Shown here: in pieces, positions 29,392 through 40,300 of the stretch
Layout of the letters: each line of letters opens with the position of its first letter
Numbering within the stretch: the stretch's first letter is position 1
Assembly (NCBI GenBank): GCA_051531975.1
Contig: JAOPTT010000016.1
Span: 128,221 to 192,220, forward strand
DNA length: 64,000 bases
Origin: Spirochaetaceae bacterium
GTDB taxonomy: Bacteria; Spirochaetota; Spirochaetia; DSM-2461
Direction: 5' to 3'
The notes under the pieces: generated by a model
The model's input: only the letters and a program-made list of their open reading frames with translations
Told to the model about the DNA's origin: nothing
Databases searched by the model: none
Made by a program: the position numbers and the translations under genes

Positions 29392-30570
29392 TTAAATACT
29401 CAACCTTTCAAGAACAGTCAAAAGTCTACAGTTTAACTCTTTAATTTGTTCTTTTTTTTGTGTCCTGTTAATTGTAGTTTTATATTCAATTACTGAACCT
29501 GTAATAATTTTAACTTCTTTATATATACCTGTAAACCTAGTTGCAATTGTTCCACCGTTTAAACGGTTAATAACATCTAATAAGTTTAACAGATACTCAA
29601 TTTGTCTATTTTTATTAGTAGATGTTAAAATATAGGTAGGGTTTATATATTCTAAAACATCAACCACTTCCATATATCTAAGTATAGGAATTAACTGATG
29701 GGTTACACCATTTTTATTTATATACTGTTCACAGTTTTCTCTAATTGTTAAGACTCTATTTAATAAAGAACCACTGGGTTTTATTTTGAAAAATGCTTCA
29801 GCTTTGGATAGAATACTATTACAGAGAAAAGTTATCTTTTGAATCCTCGGTTTATTATCATTTTTTTGAGATCCACTATCTGCTTTCAAGAACTTTTGTA
29901 CTCTACTAATTACAAAATCTGTATATAACATTAGGTCATCACTATTATTTAAAACTGGTGATATTAAATGTTTTAATATTTTAATAGATGTATCAGCTTT
30001 TTTACTGTAGTCGTAATATAGTGTTAGTGGAAGAATATTAACCTTTTTATCAATATTGAGCTTTAGTAAATCATCTTTACACCAGCCTGCAATAGATATT
30101 ACTCCAGGTTCAAGTTCCCCACATTTTCCATTATGATATGTTATCTGAGCCTCTGGAGCTAACGCTAATGGGTGTTTACCATCTATCATCATTCTACGGA
30201 TCTCTTTCATCCCCTCTAGACTTCTTCCACGGTTACTTAGAGGTATTGCACCAATTCCTGGAAACAGCCACTTAACAAGTGAGTTTGCCCATTTTAATAC
30301 CCATGTACCGTAAACAAACTGGCAATGAGTATTACCACTGTATTTATTGTTTAATACATGCATTAAAAGAGCTGGATCGTGTTTAGATGGATGCCTAAAT
30401 GCAATTATTAACCTAGATTTATCTTTTTTAAAATTATCTAACTCTTCTTTTAACTCTTTAGCATCAGATAAATCAATTTTACTTATACCTTCAACAAACT
30501 TAACATAAATAGGACTGAGTAATTTCATAAATATAAATTGTAGAGGTTTTACCTTTATTGTCTTGCTCAT
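29392..30570 (-). CDS. Glycerolipid acyltransferase (PlsC/GPAT superfamily)
   Basis: HX4D motif RHPSKHD; LALAPEAQ; GELEPG. Confidence 0.8.
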   Translation of the reverse strand: MSKTIKVKPLQFIFMKLLSPIYVKFVEGISKIDLSDAKELKEELDNFKKDKSRLIIAFRHPSKHDPALLMHVLNNKYSGNTHCQFVYGTWVLKWANSLVKWLFPGIGAIPLSNRGRSLEGMKEIRRMMIDGKHPLALAPEAQITYHNGKCGELEPGVISIAGWCKDDLLKLNIDKKVNILPLTLYYDYSKKADTSIKILKHLISPVLNNSDDLMLYTDFVISRVQKFLKADSGSQKNDNKPRIQKITFLCNSILSKAEAFFKIKPSGSLLNRVLTIRENCEQYINKNGVTHQLIPILRYMEVVDVLEYINPTYILTSTNKNRQIEYLLNLLDVINRLNGGTIATRFTGIYKEVKIITGSVIEYKTTINRTQKKEQIKELNCRLLTVLERLSI

Positions 30571-31907
30571 TAATTCTGCTTTGTTAACTCTTTAATATAA
30601 TATTTTTGGTTAATAGGATATTTTTTAAGTATCAAGATACCGATTATTATAAGTATTACTGGTATAGGTCCACATATAAAAGCTATACCATCCAAAGTTC
30701 TTTTACTTTGAACTATTACCTGATCAGGACTACTTGGTGGTATAAATCCTACAATGTCGAGACTTACTCCAATTAACAATCCAGCAAGTGCTTGTCCACA
30801 CTTCATAACAAAGTTCCAAATACTATAATATACACCTTCACGTCTTATTCCAGTTCTAACTGCGTCTAGTTCAATAACATCAGGGATAATAGAATGGGGC
30901 ATTATATAGTGGGTTGAGAAACCAATACCTGATATTGCAATAATAATTACAGTTGTCATTGATCCTAATAATGGTGATATAAAATATGAAATAAGTAGAG
31001 ATAATGAAAATATACCCATACCTAACATATAGCTAGAACCCTTACTTATTTTTTTAGATATTTTCACCCATAAAGGAAGACATATTAACGATACAAAAAT
31101 AAGACCAAACAGTGCAATTTCAAATTTCCCAGCATCATTAAAGTTATATTTAAAATAATATAAAAATGCACCCTGAATAATAGTTACACCAGTTACAAAA
31201 AGTGTCCAAGGTATTAGGGCATAAATAAATTCTTTATTAGCAAAAGCTTCTTTATAGGACTGTAATACACCTCTTTGTTTTTTTAGTTTTCTATTGTCAC
31301 CTTCTTTAACAGTAAAAACTGTAATCCAGGAACTTATTAACATAATAGATCCCATAATAATTGCCATTATTGTCCAACCATTGTTATCTGTACCAATACC
31401 TTCAGCAATTGGTCTAGCTGTAACAGCTAATATGGTTCCCAAAATAGCAAAGCCCATTCTTAGACTCGTTAAACTCGTTTTTTCATTATAATCGTTGGTT
31501 AATTCTGGTTGTAAGGCAGAATATGGAATATTTACAAGAGTATATGCTGTACCTAAAAGGCAAAACAGTAATGTTGCAACAATAAATGTGGTTGTATTTG
31601 ATTCAAACCTAGGTATGGAGAACATTAAAACCATAGATCCTCCTAAAAGAAGTGCACCCCAAAATATAAAAGGTCTTCTACGGCCAAACTTACTTTTACA
31701 CCTATCAGATATTGAACTTACAATTGGATCTGTAATTGCATCCCATATTTTACCAATCATCATAGCAGTTCCTGCTAGAGTACCTGATAAACCTAATTCT
31801 TCTGTTAAATAAAATATAAATATAAATCCAATAATAGAAAAATAGAGGTTCCCTCCTACATCTCCAACTGCAAAACCTAAGGATGTTCTAAATTTTAGTT
31901 TTGGCAT
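30570..31907 (-). CDS. MFS transporter, glycoside-pentoside-hexuronide (MelB-like) family
   Basis: WDAITDPIV, FGRRRPFI, NIPYSAL, RREGVYY; ATG at 31907 with SD AAAGGAG. Confidence 0.9.
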   Translation of the reverse strand: MPKLKFRTSLGFAVGDVGGNLYFSIIGFIFIFYLTEELGLSGTLAGTAMMIGKIWDAITDPIVSSISDRCKSKFGRRRPFIFWGALLLGGSMVLMFSIPRFESNTTTFIVATLLFCLLGTAYTLVNIPYSALQPELTNDYNEKTSLTSLRMGFAILGTILAVTARPIAEGIGTDNNGWTIMAIIMGSIMLISSWITVFTVKEGDNRKLKKQRGVLQSYKEAFANKEFIYALIPWTLFVTGVTIIQGAFLYYFKYNFNDAGKFEIALFGLIFVSLICLPLWVKISKKISKGSSYMLGMGIFSLSLLISYFISPLLGSMTTVIIIAISGIGFSTHYIMPHSIIPDVIELDAVRTGIRREGVYYSIWNFVMKCGQALAGLLIGVSLDIVGFIPPSSPDQVIVQSKRTLDGIAFICGPIPVILIIIGILILKKYPINQKYYIKELTKQN

Positions 31908-31947
31908 GAAAACTCCTTTTAATTCTTGTATTATCTTATAAAGATTA

Positions 31948-32538
31948 TTAGTTGGCAAGAAAAAGATGTTTTAATTTGGTTAATTGTGTCTCAAAGCTTA
32001 TGTTAAGATCAAAGTAATAGAGATCATATTCGTAATTTGATCTATTTAAGGTTAATATATTATTTAATATTTTAAAGTATTCTTTTTCGTATTCTATTTC
32101 ATACTCTACTGGTTTTAACAATTCTTGTTTTGGATACTCTTCATCTTCAAAGTTTCCAAGGCAATTTTCAGTTGGTTTAGTATAGGTATAGCTATCTAAT
32201 TCTGTTGTAACATCAAATTCTTTACTAATAGGAGCTAATATACAAACTAAAGGCTTCTTATATGGGTGTAACGAACAGTACCCCTTTAATTTCATCTCTT
32301 CATCAACATCGTTAATTAAAAAAGGACAAAACTTATACGGAACTATTTTAAAAACCATTTGAGGTATTTTTATACTGTTTTGTCCAAGAACGAGTTTTAG
32401 TATATTTTTTTCAAAGAGTTCCTTAGTTGAACTGAACCCCATATGTTTACCTAATTTATAAACATCGTATAAATTAAGATTTATCTTCATATTACCTGAG
32501 CAACAATCACCACAGCATAAACAATTAAACTTCTTCAT
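31948..32538 (-). CDS. YkgJ/UPF0153 cysteine-cluster protein
   Basis: CLCCGDCC, CPFL, CSLHPYKKPLVC. Confidence 0.8.
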   Translation of the reverse strand: MKKFNCLCCGDCCSGNMKINLNLYDVYKLGKHMGFSSTKELFEKNILKLVLGQNSIKIPQMVFKIVPYKFCPFLINDVDEEMKLKGYCSLHPYKKPLVCILAPISKEFDVTTELDSYTYTKPTENCLGNFEDEEYPKQELLKPVEYEIEYEKEYFKILNNILTLNRSNYEYDLYYFDLNISFETQLTKLKHLFLAN

Positions 32539-32598
32539 ATAGTTATATTATACTATTATGTAGTTGCGGTTATAGACAAAAAGATTTAAAGTTTTAAT

Positions 32599-33645
32599 AT
32601 GAAAACTAAAGAGATAAAAGTTGGAAATGTCTTAATTGGAGCAGATAACCCAATATCTATTCAGACAATGTGGGACAAACCAATAAACAAAGTAGATGAT
32701 AACCTAATAACTCAGTTTAATGATATACAGGATGTAGGATGTGATATTATCCGTTTTGCGGTTCCTGAAATTAAAGATGTAAAAATTATTGGTGAGATAG
32801 CAAAACGTATAACTATGCCTGTTGTTGCTGATGTTCACTTCGATTATAAAATAGCTTTAGAATGTATGGATTATCCAATAGCTAAGATTAGAATAAATCC
32901 AGGTAATATTGGTGCTAAGTGGAAAGCCATTGAAGTTATAAAAAAAGCTACAGATAAAAACATACCCATTAGAATAGGAATTAATGGAGGTTCTCTTCCC
33001 TCTGATTTAAGAAAAGGTAATAGTATATCTGAATCTCTGATTATTGCGGCAGAAAGACAGATGGAACTGCTAGACAGTCTGAATTTTAGTAATTTTTTAG
33101 TCTCTTTAAAAGCATCAAATATCGAAGATGCATATAGAGCAAATAAAACTTTTTCAGAAAAATATAATAATCCACTGCATTTAGGAATAACTGAAGCTGG
33201 TTCTCTAATTCCTGCAGTTGTTAAATCTTCAATATATCTATCTAGAGTGTTATCTGAAGGAATAGGAGATACTATTAGAATTTCAATTTCTGACGATCCT
33301 TTAAAAGAGATATATGCTGCAAATGAGATATTATCTGCTCTTAAACTTAATAAAAGGGAAAGAGTTGAACTAATTTCCTGTCCTAAGTGTGGTAGAGCGT
33401 CATTTGATACCCATGAGTTTAATAACCTAATAAACAAGAAACTTTCTACCGTTAATAAGAATATATCTGTGGCAATTATGGGTTGTACTGTAAATGGCCC
33501 AGAAGAAGCTAAACATGCCGATTTGGGTATTACTGGTTCAGGTAATAGCATTCTCATTTTTAAAATGGGTAAAATTATCAGAAAAGTGACTAAAGAAATG
33601 GCATTAGAAGCATTTATTGAGGAGATTGATCGATTTGAAAAATAG
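32599..33645 (+). CDS. ispG: (E)-4-hydroxy-3-methylbut-2-enyl-diphosphate synthase
   Basis: VADVHFDY, RINPGN, HLGITEAG, GIGDTIRIS, SCPKCGR, MGCTVNGPEE. Confidence 0.97.
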   Translation: MKTKEIKVGNVLIGADNPISIQTMWDKPINKVDDNLITQFNDIQDVGCDIIRFAVPEIKDVKIIGEIAKRITMPVVADVHFDYKIALECMDYPIAKIRINPGNIGAKWKAIEVIKKATDKNIPIRIGINGGSLPSDLRKGNSISESLIIAAERQMELLDSLNFSNFLVSLKASNIEDAYRANKTFSEKYNNPLHLGITEAGSLIPAVVKSSIYLSRVLSEGIGDTIRISISDDPLKEIYAANEILSALKLNKRERVELISCPKCGRASFDTHEFNNLINKKLSTVNKNISVAIMGCTVNGPEEAKHADLGITGSGNSILIFKMGKIIRKVTKEMALEAFIEEIDRFEK

Positions 33646-34531
33646 ATTCTTGTTTATATTAATAATTTTATCTACATCTTTTCTTTATTCTATTGATTTA
33701 GATATCCAGGAAAAACCTTTGTGGGTTCAATTCGAAGAGGCAAAATCTTTATACCAGAATGGTGAGTTTCAAGAAGCTTTAGACTTTTTTTTAGAGGTTA
33801 CAAAAAATCCAAGACCTTTTCCTGAAGCTGAATATATGATAGGCCTTCTGTACCTAGAAGAGGGGGAGCTGGAAATTGCTGAAGAGCAGATTTTAAAAGC
33901 CCTAGGATATTCAAATTATCTTCAGGTACCTCAAGATCTTATGAAATATAAATATACTCTTTCTAATATCTATCTTTTAAAAGATGATTATGATGGATAT
34001 GTATATACCTTAAAAGATATTATAGGACAAGATGAGATAGATCTTCAGGAAGTTAGAGACGATAAAGCGTATTACGATACACTTCTAGAATCAGGGCTTG
34101 ATAGACTATTACATCTGTATAGAAAAGATGCAAACAATGTTGTTAATGCAAGGATTAATCTTGGTTATTATTACAATAGTATTGGAGAATATAAAAAAGC
34201 TGTAAATTATCTTTTATCTCCAACTATAGCTTTAATAACAGAGGTTATAAACGATAATATTTTGAATGACCGAGAGTATGTATTCCAAAGTATGACACTT
34301 TTTTTCAGTGAGGTTAAAAATAGTGATAGAGCTAGGAATTATTTTATAGAGCATGGTTTTTATAGACTCTTTTATTATTTAGCAGAATCTCTATATGGAA
34401 TAGGTGAAGATGATACAGCACAAGAGATCTGGATTTTACTAAAAGACAGTGGTGTAAAATCTAAATGGATTACTAAAGCAAAGAGACAAATTTTAGTTCC
34501 AACACTTGAAAAATGGAAGTTTATATATTAA
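33635..34531 (+). CDS. Exported TPR protein
   Basis: Signal peptide after a likely TTG at 33635 (SD GGAG); TPR motifs. Confidence 0.7.
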   Translation: MKNRFLFILIILSTSFLYSIDLDIQEKPLWVQFEEAKSLYQNGEFQEALDFFLEVTKNPRPFPEAEYMIGLLYLEEGELEIAEEQILKALGYSNYLQVPQDLMKYKYTLSNIYLLKDDYDGYVYTLKDIIGQDEIDLQEVRDDKAYYDTLLESGLDRLLHLYRKDANNVVNARINLGYYYNSIGEYKKAVNYLLSPTIALITEVINDNILNDREYVFQSMTLFFSEVKNSDRARNYFIEHGFYRLFYYLAESLYGIGEDDTAQEIWILLKDSGVKSKWITKAKRQILVPTLEKWKFIY

Positions 34532-34566
34532 TCTAACTTAACAGTTGTTAAGTAAAGAGGTTCGTT

Positions 34567-37386
34567 TTGAAAAGTATAATAATTAAAGGCGCTAGAGAGC
34601 ATAACCTTAAAAATATAGATATAGAGTTACCTAGAGATAAAATGATAGTTATTTCTGGAAAAAGTGGTAGTGGAAAGTCTTCTTTAGCTTTCGATACTAT
34701 TTTCGCAGAAGGACAGAGACGTTATGTTGAATCACTTTCTGCCTATGCCAGACAGTTTTTAGGCAAAGCAAATAAACCAGATTTAGACTATATCGAGGGT
34801 TTATCCCCAGCAATAAGTATTGAACAAAAAACTACAAGTAAAAACCCAAGATCTACAGTTGGAACCATTACAGAAATATACGATTATTTACGACTATTTT
34901 ATGCTAGAGTTGGAAAACCTACCTGTCCTAAATGTAAAACTGAGATATTTGAACAATCAATAGATCAGATAATTGAAAAAGTTAAATGTAACCCAGATGG
35001 TGAAAAAATGTTAATATTATCACCTGTTGTAAATGGTCGTAAAGGGGAACATAAAAAAGTCATTGAAGATGCTAGAAAGTCTGGATTTACTAGAATTAGG
35101 GTAAATGGTGAAGTTTTACATTTAGATGATGAGATAAAACTTTCTAAGACTAAAAAACATTCAATTGAGATTGTTGTTGATAGAGTTAAATTATCCTCTG
35201 AAGTTAGGAAAAGATTATCAGAATCAATTGAAACTGCTTTAGAAGTGTCTGGTGGTAATGTAATAATAAATTATATTGATAAAGATACAGATGAATTCTT
35301 TTCTGAACATAACTCTTGTTCAACCTGTGGTTTTAGTATGGATGAATTACAACCTAGGTTATTCTCTTTTAATAGTCCATTTGGTGCATGTCCAGAGTGT
35401 TCTGGTCTTGGACGAACAATGGACTTTGATCCTAATAAAATAATACCAGATAAAAGTTTGTCATATAAAAAAGGTGCTGTAACAACATCTAATCCAAAAT
35501 CTGCTTGGTCACTTTCTATGTTTAAAGGTCTTTCTAAACATTATGGTTTTAGTTTAGATACTCCATTTGATAAACTAGACCCAAAAATGATTGAAATTAT
35601 GTTATATGGAACCACAGATAAAATAGAAATTTTATACGAAAATAGAGAAAAAACGGGTAAGTTTGAAATAAATAAGGCTTTTAGTGGAATAATTTCTGAC
35701 TTAAGAAGGCGATATAAAGAGACAAATAGCCCAGGTATGCGTGATTGGTACGAAAAACTGATGACAGATGAGGTCTGTACAACCTGTAAAGGCAAAAGAC
35801 TTAAACCAGAGGCACTGTCTGTATTTGTAAATGAGAAAAATATAGCTGAAATTACATCTTTATCAGTACAGGATGCCTTAAGCTTTTTCGAAAATTGTAA
35901 GTTATCAGAATCTGAAGAGATTATAGCAGAACAAATATTAAAAGAGATTCGAAATAGGCTGAAGTTTTTGCAAAGTGTTGGTTTATCATATCTAAATCTT
36001 AACAGAAAATCAGGAACACTCTCTGGTGGAGAGTCCCAAAGGATACGACTAGCAACACAAATAGGAGCATCTCTAGTAGGGGTATTATATATTTTAGATG
36101 AGCCAACTATTGGTTTACATCAAAGAGATAACGATAGATTATTAGCTACCCTTACTCATTTAAGAGATATCGGTAATACACTAATAGTTGTTGAACATGA
36201 TGAACAGACTATTAAAATGGCTGATTATATTGTGGATATGGGACCTGGTGCTGGTATTCATGGTGGTAATATTGTTGCTGAAGGTAGCTATGAGGAGATA
36301 ATTAATAACCCAGATAGTCCTACCGGTCAGTTTTTAAGTGGAGCTATAACAATTGAAGTTCCTAAAAAAAGAAGAGAGGGAAACGGAAAGCAGATAATTA
36401 TAAAAGGCGCTGCTCAGAATAACCTTAAAAATATAGATGTAAGTTTCGACCTTGGAAAGTTAAACGTTATTACTGGTGTTTCAGGTTCCGGGAAGTCAAC
36501 GCTGTTATCACAAATATTATATCCAGCATTAGCAAATTCAATTAATAGGGGATCAAACCATCCAGTTGGTAAATATAAGGAAATTTTAGGTTTAGAACAC
36601 TTAGATAAAGTTATAAACATTGATCAGAGTCCTATAGGTAGAACTCCAAGAAGTAACCCAGCTACATATGTTGGTGTTTTTACTCATATTAGAGATCTAT
36701 TTTCATCACTACCAGAGTCTAAACTCCGGGGGTATAAGCCAGGAAGATTCTCTTTTAATGTAAAAGGTGGTAGATGTGAGCACTGTGGTGGTGGTGGAAC
36801 TAAAAAGATAGAGATGCACTTTTTACCAGATGTATACGTTCAGTGCGATGTTTGTAAAGGTAAGAGATTTAATACAGAAACATTAAATGTTAGATATAAA
36901 GGCAAAAATATTTACGAAGTGTTAGCAATGTCCATAGAAGAAGCAAATGACTTCTTTAAAAATATACCTCCTGTTAAAAGAAAACTTGAAACACTGTTAT
37001 CTGTTGGGCTTGGATATATTAATTTAGGTCAATCAGCAATAACTTTATCAGGTGGTGAAGCACAAAGAGTTAAACTAGCTTTAGAATTATCAAAAAGAAG
37101 TACTGGTAAAACAATCTATATTATTGATGAACCAACAACAGGTTTACATTTTGCAGATGTAAAACAATTAATGGAAGTTTTACATGACTTAGTGGATACA
37201 GGAAATACAGCTATATTAATTGAACATAACTTAGATGTAATAAAATGTGCAGATAAAATCCTTGATTTAGGTCCAGAAGGTGGAGATAATGGTGGTAAAA
37301 TAATTGCTGTAGGTACCCCAGAAGAGATTACTAAATGTAAAAAATCTTATACTGGGCTCTATTTAAAAGAAGTTTTAGGAAAATAA
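34567..37386 (+). CDS. uvrA: Excinuclease ABC subunit A
   Basis: GAREHNLKNI, two Walker A and LSGGE motifs, zinc fingers. Confidence 0.98.
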   Translation: MKSIIIKGAREHNLKNIDIELPRDKMIVISGKSGSGKSSLAFDTIFAEGQRRYVESLSAYARQFLGKANKPDLDYIEGLSPAISIEQKTTSKNPRSTVGTITEIYDYLRLFYARVGKPTCPKCKTEIFEQSIDQIIEKVKCNPDGEKMLILSPVVNGRKGEHKKVIEDARKSGFTRIRVNGEVLHLDDEIKLSKTKKHSIEIVVDRVKLSSEVRKRLSESIETALEVSGGNVIINYIDKDTDEFFSEHNSCSTCGFSMDELQPRLFSFNSPFGACPECSGLGRTMDFDPNKIIPDKSLSYKKGAVTTSNPKSAWSLSMFKGLSKHYGFSLDTPFDKLDPKMIEIMLYGTTDKIEILYENREKTGKFEINKAFSGIISDLRRRYKETNSPGMRDWYEKLMTDEVCTTCKGKRLKPEALSVFVNEKNIAEITSLSVQDALSFFENCKLSESEEIIAEQILKEIRNRLKFLQSVGLSYLNLNRKSGTLSGGESQRIRLATQIGASLVGVLYILDEPTIGLHQRDNDRLLATLTHLRDIGNTLIVVEHDEQTIKMADYIVDMGPGAGIHGGNIVAEGSYEEIINNPDSPTGQFLSGAITIEVPKKRREGNGKQIIIKGAAQNNLKNIDVSFDLGKLNVITGVSGSGKSTLLSQILYPALANSINRGSNHPVGKYKEILGLEHLDKVINIDQSPIGRTPRSNPATYVGVFTHIRDLFSSLPESKLRGYKPGRFSFNVKGGRCEHCGGGGTKKIEMHFLPDVYVQCDVCKGKRFNTETLNVRYKGKNIYEVLAMSIEEANDFFKNIPPVKRKLETLLSVGLGYINLGQSAITLSGGEAQRVKLALELSKRSTGKTIYIIDEPTTGLHFADVKQLMEVLHDLVDTGNTAILIEHNLDVIKCADKILDLGPEGGDNGGKIIAVGTPEEITKCKKSYTGLYLKEVLGK

Positions 37387-37387
37387 G

Positions 37388-40300
37388 CTGAAAAAATATT
37401 TTTTATTACTATTAATTCTATTATGTTGTTATTCTCAGTTGCTCTCCCAAGAAGATACTGTTTCTATAGAAAACAGAGCTATTATCAAAGATATAGAGAC
37501 ATCAAGTATAACTGAATTATCGGTTTGGGCTAAGAGCCTTGGACTAAAAGATAGTACCAATATTGAAAGTTTAAAAAAGTCTATTGCTAAATATTATAAA
37601 TTAAAACTAACACCTAAAATTGAACAAACAAATACTAAAATTATAAAAATAAATAGAGCTGAGTTATCTAAATATTACACATTAGAAGAAGTAGATGAGA
37701 GTATTGCAGAGTTTGAAGGTCGTGTGGATATTATTATCGATGATCTAGAACAAGAAATTCAACATGCAATTGTTGCTGATAAAGTTAACTTTAATAGAAC
37801 TCTGAATAGTGTTACAGCATTTGGTAATGTAGAGTATATTAAAACTGAAAAAGGTAAACCTGAACTAATAACAGCCGATTCATTAACTTTTAACCTATCA
37901 AACTGGAAAGGGTCACTTTTAAAATGTATTTCTAAACAAAATAAAGTCATAGATGAAGAAGAGATGGTCTTTTATTATGTTACTGGTGAAATAAAAAAAA
38001 GTGATACACAAGTCATGGGAATGAGTGATGTTACTATTCAAACAGTAATAGGCTCCCCTTATTTTAATATAAGTGCTTTAGATTTATGGATGTTAGATTC
38101 ATCAGATTTTGTCATTGTTTTACCTTCAGTAAAAGTTGGTCATGTTCCAGTTTTTATTGCTCCTTTTTATTATCATTCAGACACTAGTCTCTATTTTAAT
38201 CCTGTTTTTGGTGAGAGAACTCGAGAAGGTACTATATTTCAAAATACTATCTATTTAATGGGTGCAAAAGAAATTGATGATAAGGAATCAAACTTTTCCT
38301 TTTTATCTTTTGATGACGACGAAGCTCTTGGAAACCTAGAACTTAACGGGTTAACATTAGTAGCATCTGGGGATAAAACAAAATATAGCCCAGACTATTC
38401 TAAAATAATGTTAGATTATTATTCTAAATTAGGTATTTTTGTAGGAAATGAAACATCATTGACTCTTAAACCTTATATAAATAATTTTGAGCTTCAAACC
38501 GGATTAGGTTTTTCAAGAAATATAGATAGCAGTGATGGCTCAATATATACTTCAGAAGAGTCAGAGTGGAATAACTCCTACTTTTTAGATGAAGAATTAC
38601 CATTTAGGTATTTATTATATATGTCATTAACATCTCCAATAGTTGAACTTGATTTTAAAATTTTGTCAGATAGTTATTTTAGAAGTGATTTTTTAAACCG
38701 AGCAGAGAATTTTATGTGGATAAATTACGCAACAAGTCTGATGGATGATGGCCTAGAATCATTAGGTGATGACTCAACTGAATATGATCGGAATACGGTT
38801 GTAACTGAGACTATAGATGGTAAAAGTGTAGATAAAGATTATGTTGTAAACGATTATAGTTGGGGAATAGATTTTACTAAATTTGCACCTTCAACAACAA
38901 AACTAAACCCTTTTCTTAGTAGTTTTGAACTTGATCTAGAAAAGATCGAAATAGAGTATAAATCTAAGGTTTCATTAGATGATGAAGTTGACTTATACTC
39001 TGAATTTGACCCAGCATATAAGTTCTTTTACCCTGATAATATACTTCTACCTTTAAAATTAACGATTAAAGGAAGTTTTTTTGATACTGATTATCAGAAA
39101 AGTAGAGAGTTAAAAAAAGATGTAATAAAAATTGATGATGCTGTAAAAGATGAAGACAGTGAATTGGATGGCAAAGATAATAAACTATTAAAAATAGAAA
39201 ACCCAGTTTCAATAGAACCTAAAAAGAAAGAAATTAAAGCTACAGAGAATGATTTTTTAACTTTAGAAAAAGATGATACTTTTAAAGATGTTAAAATAAA
39301 AAGTAATACTAGTTCAGCTCTGTTTAATGCTGATATGACTTATGTAATTAAAATGCCATCCAAGATTGATGGATATTGGGATAATACAGATTGGGAAAAT
39401 CGATCTGATATTGATTATGACCTTGATGACAGTGGTATAAAATATAAATTCGATCCCAGTGCAACAATAAATAATTCAATTAACATTTTAGACTCTTTTT
39501 TAGTCTTTAATAATAACCTAAATGGCTATATTTTTAAATCTGCATACCTAGATATTGATGATCAGATTGATTTATTAGAAATCTATAAAAATAATCGTAC
39601 AGTTTTAATTAATGATTTTAAAACTACAATAAGTTTATTAAAGCTTAATCCTGAGATTGAAAGACATACACTTTCAACATCCTATAATTTAAAAAGCACT
39701 CTATATCAGAACCTGTTTGATCAAGATGAATATGAATTAAATGGTGAAGTTGATGCTTATTATCTAGAAGAAAGTTTTGAATGGACAGATGATTTTATAG
39801 ATAAACATGAGTTAGATGTTAAATATATTTATAAATTAGATTTTTCAGAAACAAATATTGGATACAAAAAAATATTACCACCTATAGATCAAGTAGATGA
39901 TTATAGTGTAAAACAAGTCTTTGACTTCAAAGTTTTTAATTTATTAGAAAATAAAAGTGAAACAAATTTTTTATACAGTATAGTCGCAGAAACTGATGAT
40001 GAGGATGAAGTAGAAATAATATCAGCAGATCAAAAATACTCCATGGGTATATATGGTGCAAAAATATCGGCAGTTAGTGGTTTTGATTATAGTGAATCAT
40101 ATATAGATGAGGATAGTGATACTGATGAATGGGATTTTTCCCCATTAGATTTAAGTTTAGAATATAAATTATTAGATTTTTTATCTTTTAACACCGGGTT
40201 TAATTATAGTTTTGAAGATGAGAAGTGGAATCAATACGACTTATCATTAAAACTTTGGGATTTTAATATTAGTCTTAAATCTATCTATGAAGCACCAAAG

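Noticed and set aside
32871..33557. 228-aa antisense ORF, and the many other short antisense or overlapping ORFs in the track
   Set aside because: Shadows of well-supported genes such as ispG, gap, uvrA and the MCP; no motifs or SD.
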